In this document: piece after piece, positions 46,840-57,075 of the stretch
Numbering within the stretch: position 1 is the first letter of the stretch
Layout of the letters: every line of letters starts with the position of its first letter
NCBI GenBank assembly: GCA_963825135.1
Contig: CAWGRW010000009.1
Location: 1,248,001-1,312,000 of the forward strand
From: an uncultured bacterium
GTDB taxonomy: Bacteria; Desulfobacterota_D; UBA1144; Nemesobacterales; UBA2774
DNA: 64,000 nucleotides
Direction: 5' to 3'
The notes under the pieces: model-generated
The model's input: the letters and a program-made list of their open reading frames with translations, nothing else
Told to the model about the DNA's origin: nothing
Database searches by the model: none
Position numbers and translations under genes: made by a program

Positions 46840-47661
46840 TTATTCCTTCACGATTTCGATAGTCATGCCTTTCTCTTTCGCCAGCTCTTTAGCGTATTGA
46901 TCGTAGGCTTCTCCCTTTCGTCTGGCTTTGATTATGTATACGATTGAATCCTTCACGCTGTCAAACGGCGTTACTTTCGCGTCGAGTATCTCGTATACGC
47001 CGAATGTGCCGTCCGGATTGGCTACTACCTTGGACAGAGAGCCCGCTTCTTTTACATCGAAGTACCTGTTCATTTTTTTATTGAAACCCAGATCCTTCAC
47101 TGTTAACTGTGAAGCCGGACTCGATAATTTTTGAGCGATTTCCTGAAAATTCTTGCCGTCCCGCGCCATTTTTATAATCTGATCGCCGAGGCTCGAATCC
47201 GTGAACTGAATTCCCTGGACGCGCAGATTTGTGTAACCTAACCCCTTGGCGGTATTATAATAATTGAGAAGGTCCTCGTCCGTTATTTCCTTTTCGGGGG
47301 GCGAGGTCTGGGTGTATTTATCCTTTAATTCTCTTACCACGAGACTCATCTCGTATTCCCTTAACTTGTCCTGATATTTGTTTTCCAATCCCTCTTTTAG
47401 TCCTTCCTGATAGATAATTTCATCGGTAACGAGTGATTCTACGGACCTTCCGTTGAGCTCGTCCGCGTATATCGGGACGCCGTTTACCCGTGCGACTACC
47501 TTTCCGCTTTTTTCGGGTTTATTTAGTCCGATCTCCGCCCCTCCATTCTTTCCCAGGCTTGCTTTATCAGGGCTGTCAGCCGGGCATTCCTTGGTTCCGG
47601 ATTGATCGCATGCCGATAAAAATACTAAGCATATCAATAGAATCGGCAGGAATTTCTTCAT
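46840..47661 (-). CDS. Parvulin/PpiC-like foldase lipoprotein
   Basis: ATG at 47661 after AAGGAG, lipobox LSAC, VVARVNGVPI, EITDEDLLNYY, DLGF and PFDSVKDSI. Confidence 0.75.
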   Translation of the reverse strand: MKKFLPILLICLVFLSACDQSGTKECPADSPDKASLGKNGGAEIGLNKPEKSGKVVARVNGVPIYADELNGRSVESLVTDEIIYQEGLKEGLENKYQDKLREYEMSLVVRELKDKYTQTSPPEKEITDEDLLNYYNTAKGLGYTNLRVQGIQFTDSSLGDQIIKMARDGKNFQEIAQKLSSPASQLTVKDLGFNKKMNRYFDVKEAGSLSKVVANPDGTFGVYEILDAKVTPFDSVKDSIVYIIKARRKGEAYDQYAKELAKEKGMTIEIVKE

Positions 47662-47714
47662 ATTTTTCTCCTTTTTATGGCCGGGCGGGATAAGCAAAAT
47701 GTATAACTTATAAA

Positions 47715-47743
47715 TTGACACAAAGCAATAGTTTCATTATATT
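47715..47743 (+). promoter_or_regulatory. Sigma70-type promoter of the GMC-glycosyltransferase operon
   Basis: TTGACA (47715-20), 17 bp spacer, TATATT (47738-43). Confidence 0.6.
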
Positions 47744-47760
47744 ATCAACCGCTCAAAGCT

Positions 47761-49407
47761 ATGCCTCCTAAAAAAGAAAAATACGATTGCCTCGTCATCG
47801 GCTCCGGCCCGGGAGGGGCGCCGTTTGCCTGGAAGCTCGCTTCGAAAGGCATGAATGTGCTTATGCTGGAGGCAGGCCCGCGTTATGACCCGTATAAAAG
47901 TTATGCGCTGGATGAAACCGATTGGGAAACAAAGGCTTTCCCTATAATCAAAAAAATTCGTCATACGTTCGGCAAAAAGCAGCCGCTTAGTGCTAAATAC
48001 GAAAACCTTCGGTCCTGGAACAAAGCCTCCGGAAAGCTCAATGACAGTCAGGAGAGAAACTATATAAAATACCATCAGATCTCGGGCGTGGGCGGGACGA
48101 CACTTCATTTTCAGGGCGAAGCCCAGAGGCTTAACGAGAAAGCATTCCGCATGAAGAGCCTCTTCGGCGTGGCCGTGGACTGGCCTATACAATATCAAGA
48201 CCTGGAGCCCTATTATTGCGAAGCGGAGGGCATCGTAGGGGTAGCGGGGCCCGACAATATCCCGGATCGTCCCAGAAGCAAGCCGTATCCTTTAAAGCCC
48301 CATAAGTTGAGCTATGCGAGCACGATTGTGGAAAAGGGCTGCAGTAAGCAGGGCCTCGACCTCATACCGAATTCTGTTGCCATACTATCGGAAGCCTATC
48401 GGGACGCCCCTCCCTGTAATTACTGCAACGGATGCGTTTGGGGTTGTCCCCGGAAGGATAAAGGCAGTGTCGATGTGACGTTCGTTCCTCTCGCTGAAGG
48501 TACCGGTAACTGTGAGATACTGGATAATGTTTTCGTTACGCGTATAGAAACCGAGAATAAGGGCGGAAAGAAAGCAAGGGGAGTCGTATATTACGACAGG
48601 AGCAGGAAGGAGCATTTCGTCGCCGCCGATTATATCGCCGTGGCGTGCGGGGCAGTCGAGACTCCGAGACTGCTCTTGAACTCCGACATAAACGGTAACG
48701 GGCTCGTCGGGAAGAATTTTATGGAGACCGTCTTTTACGAGGCCACGGCCTTTCATCCCGAAAGGTCCGATTCCTATCGGGGCATACCCATGGACAGCAT
48801 TCTATGGAATTGGAACACCCCGGATCCGAAACGAGGCTTCTCCGGAGGACTCAGAATGTTTCCTACGGCCGGGAGTGCGTTGGGCCCCTTGAATTATTCC
48901 TTGCGGTATTTCGACGGATGGGGCGAAGATTATATAAGCCAGGTGGAGAAGTGGTTCGGACACGCGATCTCGATGGGGGGTATAGCCGAGTTTTTTCCAA
49001 ACAAGGACACTTTTGTTACTCTCGATCCCAAAACGAAAGACGAATTCGGCCTCCCGGTAGCGAAAATTCAATCGTTTCTCGGTGAGTCCGAATTAAAGAG
49101 TCTTGAATTTATTGCCGGCAAATCGAAGGAGATTTTGAAGGCCAGCGGCGCCGTAGACTTTGTCGAAGAAATCAGCGCTTATGATTTCTTCTCGGCTACC
49201 CACGTTTTCGGGACGTGCCGGATGGGAAACAAACAAGAAACGTCCGTTGTAGATTCATCCCTCAGGGTCCACAATATCCCCAATTTGCTGGTAACCGACG
49301 CAAGCGTTTTCCCTACATCCGGCGGCGGAGAAGCCCCTTCACTCACTATTGAGGCCCTGAGCTTGCGTGCGGCCGACCTTCTATTGAAAGACATCAAGAA
49401 AGGTTGA
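47761..49407 (+). CDS. GMC family FAD oxidoreductase
   Basis: IGSGPGG, VGGTTLHF, Cys cluster CNYCNGCVWGC, GAVETPRLLL, HVFGTCRMG and DASVFPT; no signal peptide. Confidence 0.92.
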   Translation: MPPKKEKYDCLVIGSGPGGAPFAWKLASKGMNVLMLEAGPRYDPYKSYALDETDWETKAFPIIKKIRHTFGKKQPLSAKYENLRSWNKASGKLNDSQERNYIKYHQISGVGGTTLHFQGEAQRLNEKAFRMKSLFGVAVDWPIQYQDLEPYYCEAEGIVGVAGPDNIPDRPRSKPYPLKPHKLSYASTIVEKGCSKQGLDLIPNSVAILSEAYRDAPPCNYCNGCVWGCPRKDKGSVDVTFVPLAEGTGNCEILDNVFVTRIETENKGGKKARGVVYYDRSRKEHFVAADYIAVACGAVETPRLLLNSDINGNGLVGKNFMETVFYEATAFHPERSDSYRGIPMDSILWNWNTPDPKRGFSGGLRMFPTAGSALGPLNYSLRYFDGWGEDYISQVEKWFGHAISMGGIAEFFPNKDTFVTLDPKTKDEFGLPVAKIQSFLGESELKSLEFIAGKSKEILKASGAVDFVEEISAYDFFSATHVFGTCRMGNKQETSVVDSSLRVHNIPNLLVTDASVFPTSGGGEAPSLTIEALSLRAADLLLKDIKKG

Positions 49408-49414
49408 ATATCTC

Positions 49415-50968
49415 TTGATTCGATACGGATCTCACCTCTTACTCCTCATTCTATTGTCCCTCGCCCTTCTAAGTTTATCCAATATCCACGCCAAAGCGGA
49501 CGACGTCCCAAAATTCGTTGACGTGCAGAAAGAGACCGGGGTCTATTCCGGGGGCAGGCTTGGCCAGACGGCGGCGTGGGGTGATTATAACGGCGACGGA
49601 TGGCAGGATATCGTGATTTCGAGTATGAGCATGAACAAACTGTTCGGCAGCAGAAAGAGCAAACCGGGAAAAAGCAGCACCGGGGTTAAGAAGTCAGCTC
49701 CGAACGGGAATTTGCTGTTGTTTATGAACGGTAAAGGGCTATCGTTCAAAGATACGGCGTCGGCGTCGGGACTTCCGGACATCAGTGCGAAGGCCGCTGC
49801 GTGGGCTGATTACAATAACGACGGGTATGTGGATCTTGTGCTCGGTACTCTGAACGCCGGAAAGCCTCCGCTGCTATTTAAGAACTCGGAGCATCACACT
49901 TTCACCGATGTTACCGATAAGTCGGGGCTTACGAAAGAGGGTTTGAGCACGAGGCATGTGATATGGGCTGATTATGACAATGACGGATTCGTGGATCTAT
50001 TTCAGGCCGGGATGAACGGGTTTTCTCTCTATCGGAATAAGGGCGACGGGAGTTTTGAGGAAGTAACAGGCCCTGCGCGTCTGGGGAATCAGGCTGACAC
50101 ATACGGAGCGGTGTGGTTCGATGCCGATAACGACGGTTACCAGGATCTCTTCCTGGCGAATGCCGGGTTAAATAGATTCTATATCAATAACGGTGACGGG
50201 ACTTTCACGGATTCTACGGAAAAGGCGGGACTCGCGGGGGAGGCATCCTGGATGACGACCTCCGCATGTACAGGGGATTATAACGGCGACGGGTATGTCG
50301 ATCTCTACATAACGAATATGGGTCACGGAATGAGAAACGCTCTTTACAGGAATAACAAGGACGGCAGTTTTACCGACGTCACTGTCGATACCGGAACGGC
50401 TGATGCGGGGGACGGCAGGACATGCGCCTGGGTTGACTTCGACGCGGACGGCAGATTAGACCTGTTTACGACCAACCATATCAGAACAAATAAACTGTTC
50501 AGGAACGAAGGTGCGGGGAAATTTACGGATACGGCTCCCGTAGCCGGGCTTGACCGCCCGATAGATGTATTCTCGGCTCCCTGGGCGGATTATGACCGCG
50601 ACGGTTTTATTGACGTTTTATTGATCGGGCATTCGGGTATCGCACTCATGAAGAACCAGGGCAACAAAAGCAATTCTCTTACGCTAAAATTGAGGGGCGA
50701 CGGCAAGAAGAGCAACGTCTCGGCGATCGGGGCCAGGGTCGAGGTTTCTACCCCGGCAGGAGTTCAGATAAGGGAAGTATCCGGGGGCAGGGGATGCTGT
50801 GAGCAGGATATGCTCCCTCTTTACTTCGGCCTCGGAAAAGATAAAATCGCCGATATCAACGTCGCGTGGCCCGGCGGCAAGGTCTGCACCTTCAAAGGTA
50901 TCGCCGTCGGCAAGGTCAAGGAGTATACTATCAGTGAAGTAAAATGCGGAATTAACCCGTCGAGCTGA
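49415..50968 (+). CDS. Secreted FG-GAP repeat / ASPIC-UnbV (CRTAC1-like) protein
   Basis: Signal peptide, repeated W(G/A)DY(N/D)xDGxxD motifs with F(T/K)DVT linkers, and C-terminal SAIGARV...LYFGLG. Confidence 0.88.
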   Translation: MIRYGSHLLLLILLSLALLSLSNIHAKADDVPKFVDVQKETGVYSGGRLGQTAAWGDYNGDGWQDIVISSMSMNKLFGSRKSKPGKSSTGVKKSAPNGNLLLFMNGKGLSFKDTASASGLPDISAKAAAWADYNNDGYVDLVLGTLNAGKPPLLFKNSEHHTFTDVTDKSGLTKEGLSTRHVIWADYDNDGFVDLFQAGMNGFSLYRNKGDGSFEEVTGPARLGNQADTYGAVWFDADNDGYQDLFLANAGLNRFYINNGDGTFTDSTEKAGLAGEASWMTTSACTGDYNGDGYVDLYITNMGHGMRNALYRNNKDGSFTDVTVDTGTADAGDGRTCAWVDFDADGRLDLFTTNHIRTNKLFRNEGAGKFTDTAPVAGLDRPIDVFSAPWADYDRDGFIDVLLIGHSGIALMKNQGNKSNSLTLKLRGDGKKSNVSAIGARVEVSTPAGVQIREVSGGRGCCEQDMLPLYFGLGKDKIADINVAWPGGKVCTFKGIAVGKVKEYTISEVKCGINPSS

Positions 50969-51009
50969 TTAATGGCCCGATAATTTATTAAATCCGATGG
51001 ATATAAAAA

Positions 51010-51714
51010 ATGAATGAAGGTTTCTCGCTTTCTGTGGTGCTTCCCGCGCACAATGAGGAAGGCAACATCAGGAAAACTGTGGAGAGCTGTGTTTCATACC
51101 TCGAAAAGAATCTCGGTGCATACGAAATAATTGTAGTTAATGATGGGTCGCTCGACAGGACTCGCGAGATCGTGGAAGAGATGTCTTCGGCAAACCCTAA
51201 CGTTGTGCTTGTCAATCACGAAATTAATAGGGGATACGGGTCGGCTCTGAGGAGCGGTTTCGATAAGGCCCGGCATGAGTACATATTCTTCATGGACAGC
51301 GACGGGCAGTTCGATATCAACGACCTTGACAGAATGATTACTCACGCCGGACCTAATTCCGCCGTCATAGGGTACAGGGAAGACAGGGCGGATTCTTTTA
51401 TCAGGTCCCTGAACGCCTGGCTTTATAGTATGTACATATATTTAGTTTTCGGATTAAGGGTGAAGGATATGGACTGCGCCTTTAAGGTTTTCCCCGGCAG
51501 TGCCTACGGGGCCGTGAAGCCGATCAAATCCGAGGGCGCGCTCTTCAGCGCCGAATTCTTAATAAAATTGAGGCGCAACGGGTATACTTTTAAAGAAGTG
51601 CCGGTAAGACATTTCCCCCGTCTTTACGGCTCGCAAACGGGTGCAAACATTAAAGTAATCGTTAAAATGTTCAGGGAATCATGGAAGCTCAGAAATGAAC
51701 TTAAGGACAATTGA
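51010..51714 (+). CDS. GT2 polyprenol-phosphate glycosyltransferase (DPM1-like)
   Basis: PAHNEE, VNDGSLD, NRGYGSAL, MDSDGQF and DMDCAFK. Confidence 0.9.
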   Translation: MNEGFSLSVVLPAHNEEGNIRKTVESCVSYLEKNLGAYEIIVVNDGSLDRTREIVEEMSSANPNVVLVNHEINRGYGSALRSGFDKARHEYIFFMDSDGQFDINDLDRMITHAGPNSAVIGYREDRADSFIRSLNAWLYSMYIYLVFGLRVKDMDCAFKVFPGSAYGAVKPIKSEGALFSAEFLIKLRRNGYTFKEVPVRHFPRLYGSQTGANIKVIVKMFRESWKLRNELKDN

Positions 51715-53029
51715 AAATGGGGTGCGTCTGAAGAACCCTTATGTTCGATTTTCTTTGATTCTCGTAGCGGGTTTTGCCCTCAGAGTATTCCTTTCACAAT
51801 TTCTCACATACGGTCCCGATTTCAGCGTCTGGATTGGTTGGGGCAGCGAAATCTCTTCGGTAGGTTTCGGAAATTTTTATGATAAGTTCTGGTGCGATTA
51901 CATGCCCGGATACCTGATCATACTCTGGATTCTCGACCACCTGCACAGCGCTTTCCCCGGGCTCTCGGTCGATATACTCTTCAAGCTCCCCTCGAATCTT
52001 GCGGATCTCGGTATATCTATACTCATATTCTATTCGCTCAGGTTGATCACGACGAATAAAAATGCGATGACAGCGTCGATAGTATATTTATTTAACCCCG
52101 CGTCGCTCGCGAATTCGACATTCTGGGGGCAGGTCGACTCATTCCATGCCCTTCCGATATTACTCTCTATATATCTCGGGCTTAGAAAGAAATATATACT
52201 TTCGGGCGTCTTTGCGGCGCTGGCTTTCATGATCAAACCCCAGAGTATAGCAATATTCCCCCTGATAGGTTTCCTTGCGCTGAGACCGTTAATCCGTGAC
52301 AGGCGGAAGCTAACCGTCAGGTCTTTTTTGCCCTCCTTCGAGCTTGCGGTAACCGTTGTGTTGACGTCGATAGCGGTCACGCTTCCCTTTATATGGGGCG
52401 GGATCGATTCAGTTAATTCTCTGTTCACCGGGCCGTTTGCACTTATAAAGGAAAGATTCGATGCGGCTTACGGGCAATACGCGTACACGTCTCTCAACGC
52501 GTTTAATTTCTGGGGCGCATTTTTAATGTGGGAAAATGATGACATCAAGCTCCTGGGCGTATCATATAAAATGCTGGGAACATTGATGTTCGGTACGGCC
52601 TATATTTTTATTGCGGGCCTCCTGGTCAGGTTCGCCATCCTTATGAAGAATGATGAAAACGTGGACTATGCCTATCTGATATTTCAGTCGGTGACGCTCA
52701 TCCTCTTTACGCTTTTCCTCTTCGTCACACGCGCCCATGAGAGGCATCTTCTTCCCATGATTGTATTTTTTACGCTTATAGTATTCCGTTCTTGGATATT
52801 CTGGTATTTATATGCTATTGTGTCGGGTGTTTATACGGCTAACATGGTTTATTCTTACATCCAGCTAACAACACAATATAAGGGGATACCAGCGGATTAT
52901 CCCATGTATTTTATTCCGGGATTGTTTTTCCTTTACCTGTTAGCCTATATCATTATTTTTTGGGATTTTGTCGTAAATACTGTTAATTATAAGAATTCGT
53001 CTGAACCTCAATTGCTCCTGACACGATAG
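51695..53029 (+). CDS. GT-C fold membrane glycosyltransferase
   Basis: Polytopic; first loop PDF...CDYMPGY, WGQVDS, IKPQ, NAFNFW and HERHL. Confidence 0.75.
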   Translation: MNLRTIENGVRLKNPYVRFSLILVAGFALRVFLSQFLTYGPDFSVWIGWGSEISSVGFGNFYDKFWCDYMPGYLIILWILDHLHSAFPGLSVDILFKLPSNLADLGISILIFYSLRLITTNKNAMTASIVYLFNPASLANSTFWGQVDSFHALPILLSIYLGLRKKYILSGVFAALAFMIKPQSIAIFPLIGFLALRPLIRDRRKLTVRSFLPSFELAVTVVLTSIAVTLPFIWGGIDSVNSLFTGPFALIKERFDAAYGQYAYTSLNAFNFWGAFLMWENDDIKLLGVSYKMLGTLMFGTAYIFIAGLLVRFAILMKNDENVDYAYLIFQSVTLILFTLFLFVTRAHERHLLPMIVFFTLIVFRSWIFWYLYAIVSGVYTANMVYSYIQLTTQYKGIPADYPMYFIPGLFFLYLLAYIIIFWDFVVNTVNYKNSSEPQLLLTR

Positions 53030-53040
53030 AATATAGATAT

Positions 53041-54351
53041 ATGCCGCCGCAATTATTTCTCAGGAAATATAAAATCGAGCTTTTTCTCGCGCTGATTCTG
53101 GTGTTCGGTTTCGGAATAAGGCTGTACCGTCTGGCCATCCCTGATAGTTATTATTTTGACGAGATATATTTCGCGTTCACCGCACAGGAAATGGCTAAAG
53201 GACACAGAGCGGCCTGGGAAAGCTATAACAAGGCGCCCGAAGACCTTGCCTACGAATGGACCCATCCTCCTCTCGGGAAAGAGATAAGCGCGCTCGGGAT
53301 AATGATTTTCGGTAATAACACGTTCGGCTGGCGGTTCTTCCAGGCCATATTCGGCGCTCTCGGCGTGCTGTTCATTTACCTGCTCGGGAAGAACTTGTTC
53401 GACAGCAAGGTCGCGGGTCTGATAGCGTCCTTGCTCTACAGCTTTGAGTCATTTTTCTTTGTATTGAGCCGTATTAGCATGGTCGACATTTTTATTGCCG
53501 ACTTTTTGATGCTCGCGTCTCTTTTTATAGTAAAGTATGCGAGGACAAGGAAGAACAAATTCCTCGTATTGGCCGGATTCTTTTGCGGGGCGGGAATGTC
53601 GGTAAAGTGGAGCGGAGTGTATATTACGGAGTTCCTTGCCGGCGTGGCGCTGTTTCTTGTTTATTATTTCGAGGTGTACACCACGTCCGCCCGCGACAGG
53701 GAGTTTCTATCCTCTCTTTTGAGGATAATCCCGAGAATGTTCCTGGCGTTTGTGATTGTTCCGTTGCTGGTCTATCTCGCCACGTACATACCGTTCTTCT
53801 ATTACGGGAATTCATTCCATGATTTCATCACTCTGCAGGGGAATATGTACGGGTACCACGGAGGGGTAACACAAACTCATCCCTACCAGTCCGCATGGTG
53901 GCAATGGCCTCTGATGCTGAGGCCTGTTTATCTGCATTTGCAGGACCTGGGAGACGGTATGAGGGCCCATATTTATTTAATCGGTAATATCTTCATATGG
54001 TATACGAGTTTGTTATTCTTGATTTTGGGGATAATCCGTGTGGTGAGGAAGGAAACGCCCTCTCTGCTCTTTGTTGTGCTGAGCTTCTTTGCATACTGGC
54101 TCCCCTGGGCTTTTTCCCCGAGAAAGATTATCTTTCTGTATCATTTCCTTCCTTCATTAGTATTCTTACTATTGGCTACCACTTATTTTCTGACTGAGTT
54201 GTGGAATAGCTCCGGAAAAGGGAAAATTTTCGTGATCGTATATTTCTGTATAGCCGCCGGTATGTTTTTCTATTATTATCCCATTCTGGCCGCATTACCC
54301 ATCGGGGAATCGGATATTGACCGTTATCTTTGGTTGAGCTCCTGGAGATGA
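53041..54351 (+). CDS. Polyprenol-phosphate-mannose protein O-mannosyltransferase (PMT/GT39-like)
   Basis: YFDEIYF (DE motif), HPPLGK, FGWRF, SRISMVD, KWSG, HPYQSAWWQWPLMLRP and FLYHFLP. Confidence 0.88.
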   Translation: MPPQLFLRKYKIELFLALILVFGFGIRLYRLAIPDSYYFDEIYFAFTAQEMAKGHRAAWESYNKAPEDLAYEWTHPPLGKEISALGIMIFGNNTFGWRFFQAIFGALGVLFIYLLGKNLFDSKVAGLIASLLYSFESFFFVLSRISMVDIFIADFLMLASLFIVKYARTRKNKFLVLAGFFCGAGMSVKWSGVYITEFLAGVALFLVYYFEVYTTSARDREFLSSLLRIIPRMFLAFVIVPLLVYLATYIPFFYYGNSFHDFITLQGNMYGYHGGVTQTHPYQSAWWQWPLMLRPVYLHLQDLGDGMRAHIYLIGNIFIWYTSLLFLILGIIRVVRKETPSLLFVVLSFFAYWLPWAFSPRKIIFLYHFLPSLVFLLLATTYFLTELWNSSGKGKIFVIVYFCIAAGMFFYYYPILAALPIGESDIDRYLWLSSWR

Positions 54352-54429
54352 TGCAATCGGTTTTCAACCTGTAACTATCGCTGTTGATATGCAGTGTCGG
54401 GGTTATTACCCTGTGTCCCGGATCATGCT

Positions 54430-55047
54430 ATGAAGAAACTCGATCTAGTCGCCTCAATCATCGTCGGCGTCATTATATCTGTTTTTGTAATCGCGATATT
54501 GAGCACTCTCAAGGATGAGCTCCACATCCGGTATTTACCCTACGACGTTATCTGGCCCGCCTTTCTGATAATAATCCCGGCGTTCGTCGTGCTGTGGGTA
54601 TATATATCCTCGCACCTCGGAGCGAAGTGGAATATACTTTTTCAATTCGGGAAATTCATACCGATAGGTGTGTCAAATACGGCAATCGATTTCGGAGTTC
54701 TCAATTTTCTGATGTTCGTTTCGGGAGTTCATAAGGGGTATCTGTTTTCTGCTTTCAAGGGTATTTCGTTTGTCTTCGCGGCGGCAAATAGTTATGCCTG
54801 GAACAAGTTCTGGACATTCGAGAGCAGGGAAAGGGACGGGATGGGAAAGCAGTTCGTTAAATTCGTCATTGTCTCCGCTATCGGTTTTGCGCTGAATGTT
54901 CTCGTGGCGTCTTTCATTGTGAATGTCTTGCGGCCCGTAGGCGGCCTTTCTCCTGTATTATGGGCAAACGTAGCGGTATTCGCATCCATTGTACTCGTAA
55001 TTATCTGGAATTTCTTTGGCTATAAATACCTGGTTTTTCAAAAGTAA
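54430..55047 (+). CDS. GtrA family protein (putative lipid-linked sugar flippase)
   Basis: [29 protein letters not shown] and [14 protein letters not shown] at 54430. Confidence 0.88.
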   Translation: MKKLDLVASIIVGVIISVFVIAILSTLKDELHIRYLPYDVIWPAFLIIIPAFVVLWVYISSHLGAKWNILFQFGKFIPIGVSNTAIDFGVLNFLMFVSGVHKGYLFSAFKGISFVFAAANSYAWNKFWTFESRERDGMGKQFVKFVIVSAIGFALNVLVASFIVNVLRPVGGLSPVLWANVAVFASIVLVIIWNFFGYKYLVFQK

Positions 55048-55048
55048 A

Positions 55049-56263
55049 TTAGTAGCCCGTCCATCCGAATTTATATATCCAGAGCACGCCCCAAAGGTTT
55101 ACCAGTATCCCGATAAGGATCAGGATTTTGTGATGCCATCTGATGTCGGGGCCTATCCCCTTAACCGTTAGGAGAAACAGGAAAGGATAAAAGTCCATTG
55201 CGAACCTGTATCCGAACTGAGAGAACCCCCATGTGCCGTGACAAAAGTTCACCAATGCTATCAATACGATAGAGAGCCAGCACCCTATTGCCAGCCTGTT
55301 TCTTATGCCGGCAAAAAAAGAATAAATGAACGCCGGGGTAGTAATCCAGATCGCCATGCCGTTCCAGGAGGGCCTAAAATATGGAAACTCGCCGGTAAAC
55401 TTGGGAAGCTCCCAGAATATGATTTTTAAGTGTCTAGGTATGTACGTAATGTCGAATATACCCTTCTGGTACCACGGTTCTTCGAGTATTCCGGGTATCA
55501 GGTAATAGGAGATATCAAACGGCGTGTGAAATCGCAGCAGGTTATAGATTGAATTTAATAGTATGAAAATTCCCGCTCCCGCCCCAAGCCAAATAACGGG
55601 CTTAAGCCGTATCCTGTCGTAAAAGCTGCGGTCTTGCCCCTGACTGAACCATTGGTCCGAGTACATGGTTACAAAGAACGGAAACGATAGTATTGTCGGG
55701 AGACGGGTCCAGTAGGACGCCCCCAGGGCCGCCCCTGTATAAAACGGGTGAGATCTATATAAGGTCAGAAGGATCGCGATAAACAGTAACGTCGCGGATA
55801 CGGTGTGGGAGAACATCCAGACCCCGCCCGCGGTCGCGACCCACCAGTGTATAGTCCCGAAACCGAACATGGCCGCGGTCCAGACTTGAATACCTCTGTT
55901 TTTTGAGATCGCCCTCGCGGCTAAAAAGGCTAGAGATACGTTAAGACTGCCGAGGAAGATTGAAATCAGGGTCTGGTTTGTCGAAAGGCCGAATATGGCA
56001 ACTACGGGCAATATCAATACAGCCGGAAACGGCGGGGGTACGATATAGTGCCTGCCCTCGAAAGGGACCAGTTCCTGCCACGGAACGTCTTCGGTGAGAT
56101 ATAGCCTTCCGTGAAGGATAGCGTCGGCCAGTCTTACGAAATTGTCATACGGAGTGGGGGCGTGCTGCGTGAAAAAATATACGGTAAATGACACCGCGAA
56201 TATGATTAGAAAAAGGATGAGAGTCGTCTTTTGGCTGTCTGCGTCAGGCTTTACGGGTTCCAT
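55049..56263 (-). CDS. GT-C-like polytopic membrane protein (paralog A)
   Basis: LADAILHGRLY, PPPFPA, FGFGTIHW, YNLLRF and QFGYRFAMDFYPFL. Confidence 0.7.
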   Translation of the reverse strand: MEPVKPDADSQKTTLILFLIIFAVSFTVYFFTQHAPTPYDNFVRLADAILHGRLYLTEDVPWQELVPFEGRHYIVPPPFPAVLILPVVAIFGLSTNQTLISIFLGSLNVSLAFLAARAISKNRGIQVWTAAMFGFGTIHWWVATAGGVWMFSHTVSATLLFIAILLTLYRSHPFYTGAALGASYWTRLPTILSFPFFVTMYSDQWFSQGQDRSFYDRIRLKPVIWLGAGAGIFILLNSIYNLLRFHTPFDISYYLIPGILEEPWYQKGIFDITYIPRHLKIIFWELPKFTGEFPYFRPSWNGMAIWITTPAFIYSFFAGIRNRLAIGCWLSIVLIALVNFCHGTWGFSQFGYRFAMDFYPFLFLLTVKGIGPDIRWHHKILILIGILVNLWGVLWIYKFGWTGY

Positions 56264-56284
56264 CTCGAATAGGGCCCTGCCGAT

Positions 56285-56989
56285 TTATAGAAACTTATAC
56301 GCGTATAGTTTTACAACATGGTAAAGGTAATCAAGGATGACTCCGCTGTTTAACTTCGTCTCCCCGTATATCCTGTCCCGGAAAACAATCGGTACTTCAA
56401 CCACTCTATCGTATTTTCCTCTGACCAGGATCTCCAGGGCTATTTTAAATCCCTTCGGGCTTAATTCGGCGTTTTTTATTACTTCCCGTTTCAGGAAAAA
56501 AAATCCGGACATGGGGTCCTTAACCTTCGTAAGGCCGATTACGGCGAGAGTCGCGAGTCTGGAGGAAATCTTTCTGCTCAGAGCCCAGTCCCCGGATTCG
56601 CCCTTATCGACATAACGGCTCCCTATCGTTATATCCGCTTCCCCGCTTAGTATCGGCGCAATTAGTTCGGGTATTTTTTCAGGCGGATGGCTCAAGTCAG
56701 CGTCCATGACCCCGAGTATCCCGCTTTTAGACATGCTGAAGCCGCTTAATACGGCTGAAGACAGACCCCTTTCGCTGAGTCTCCTCAATACTTCGAGCCC
56801 GCTGTACTTTTCCTTGAGTCCTTCGGCGACTTTCCATGTCCCGTCGGGAGAATCGTCGTCAACCACGATTACTTTCCCGTCCAGGTTCGATTCGCGGAAA
56901 ACGCTGAATACCCTTTCCAGCAGAATAGGCAAATTCTCCGATTCATTATACGTTGGTATTACGAGCGTTATATCCATTTCACTGAACAT
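56285..56989 (-). CDS. Polyprenol monophosphomannose synthase (GT2, DPM1/Ppm1-like)
   Basis: PTYNESENL, VDDDSPDGT, RGLSSAV, MDADLSHPP, GSRY, DPMSGFF and GFKIALE. Confidence 0.9.
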   Translation of the reverse strand: MFSEMDITLVIPTYNESENLPILLERVFSVFRESNLDGKVIVVDDDSPDGTWKVAEGLKEKYSGLEVLRRLSERGLSSAVLSGFSMSKSGILGVMDADLSHPPEKIPELIAPILSGEADITIGSRYVDKGESGDWALSRKISSRLATLAVIGLTKVKDPMSGFFFLKREVIKNAELSPKGFKIALEILVRGKYDRVVEVPIVFRDRIYGETKLNSGVILDYLYHVVKLYAYKFL

Positions 56990-57075
56990 AATTTTACCAT
57001 TAATATGAATCGATAATATGAATCGGCAAATAATAATACTATCAAGGCCGGGCGGACGTTAAGGTGCACAAATTC

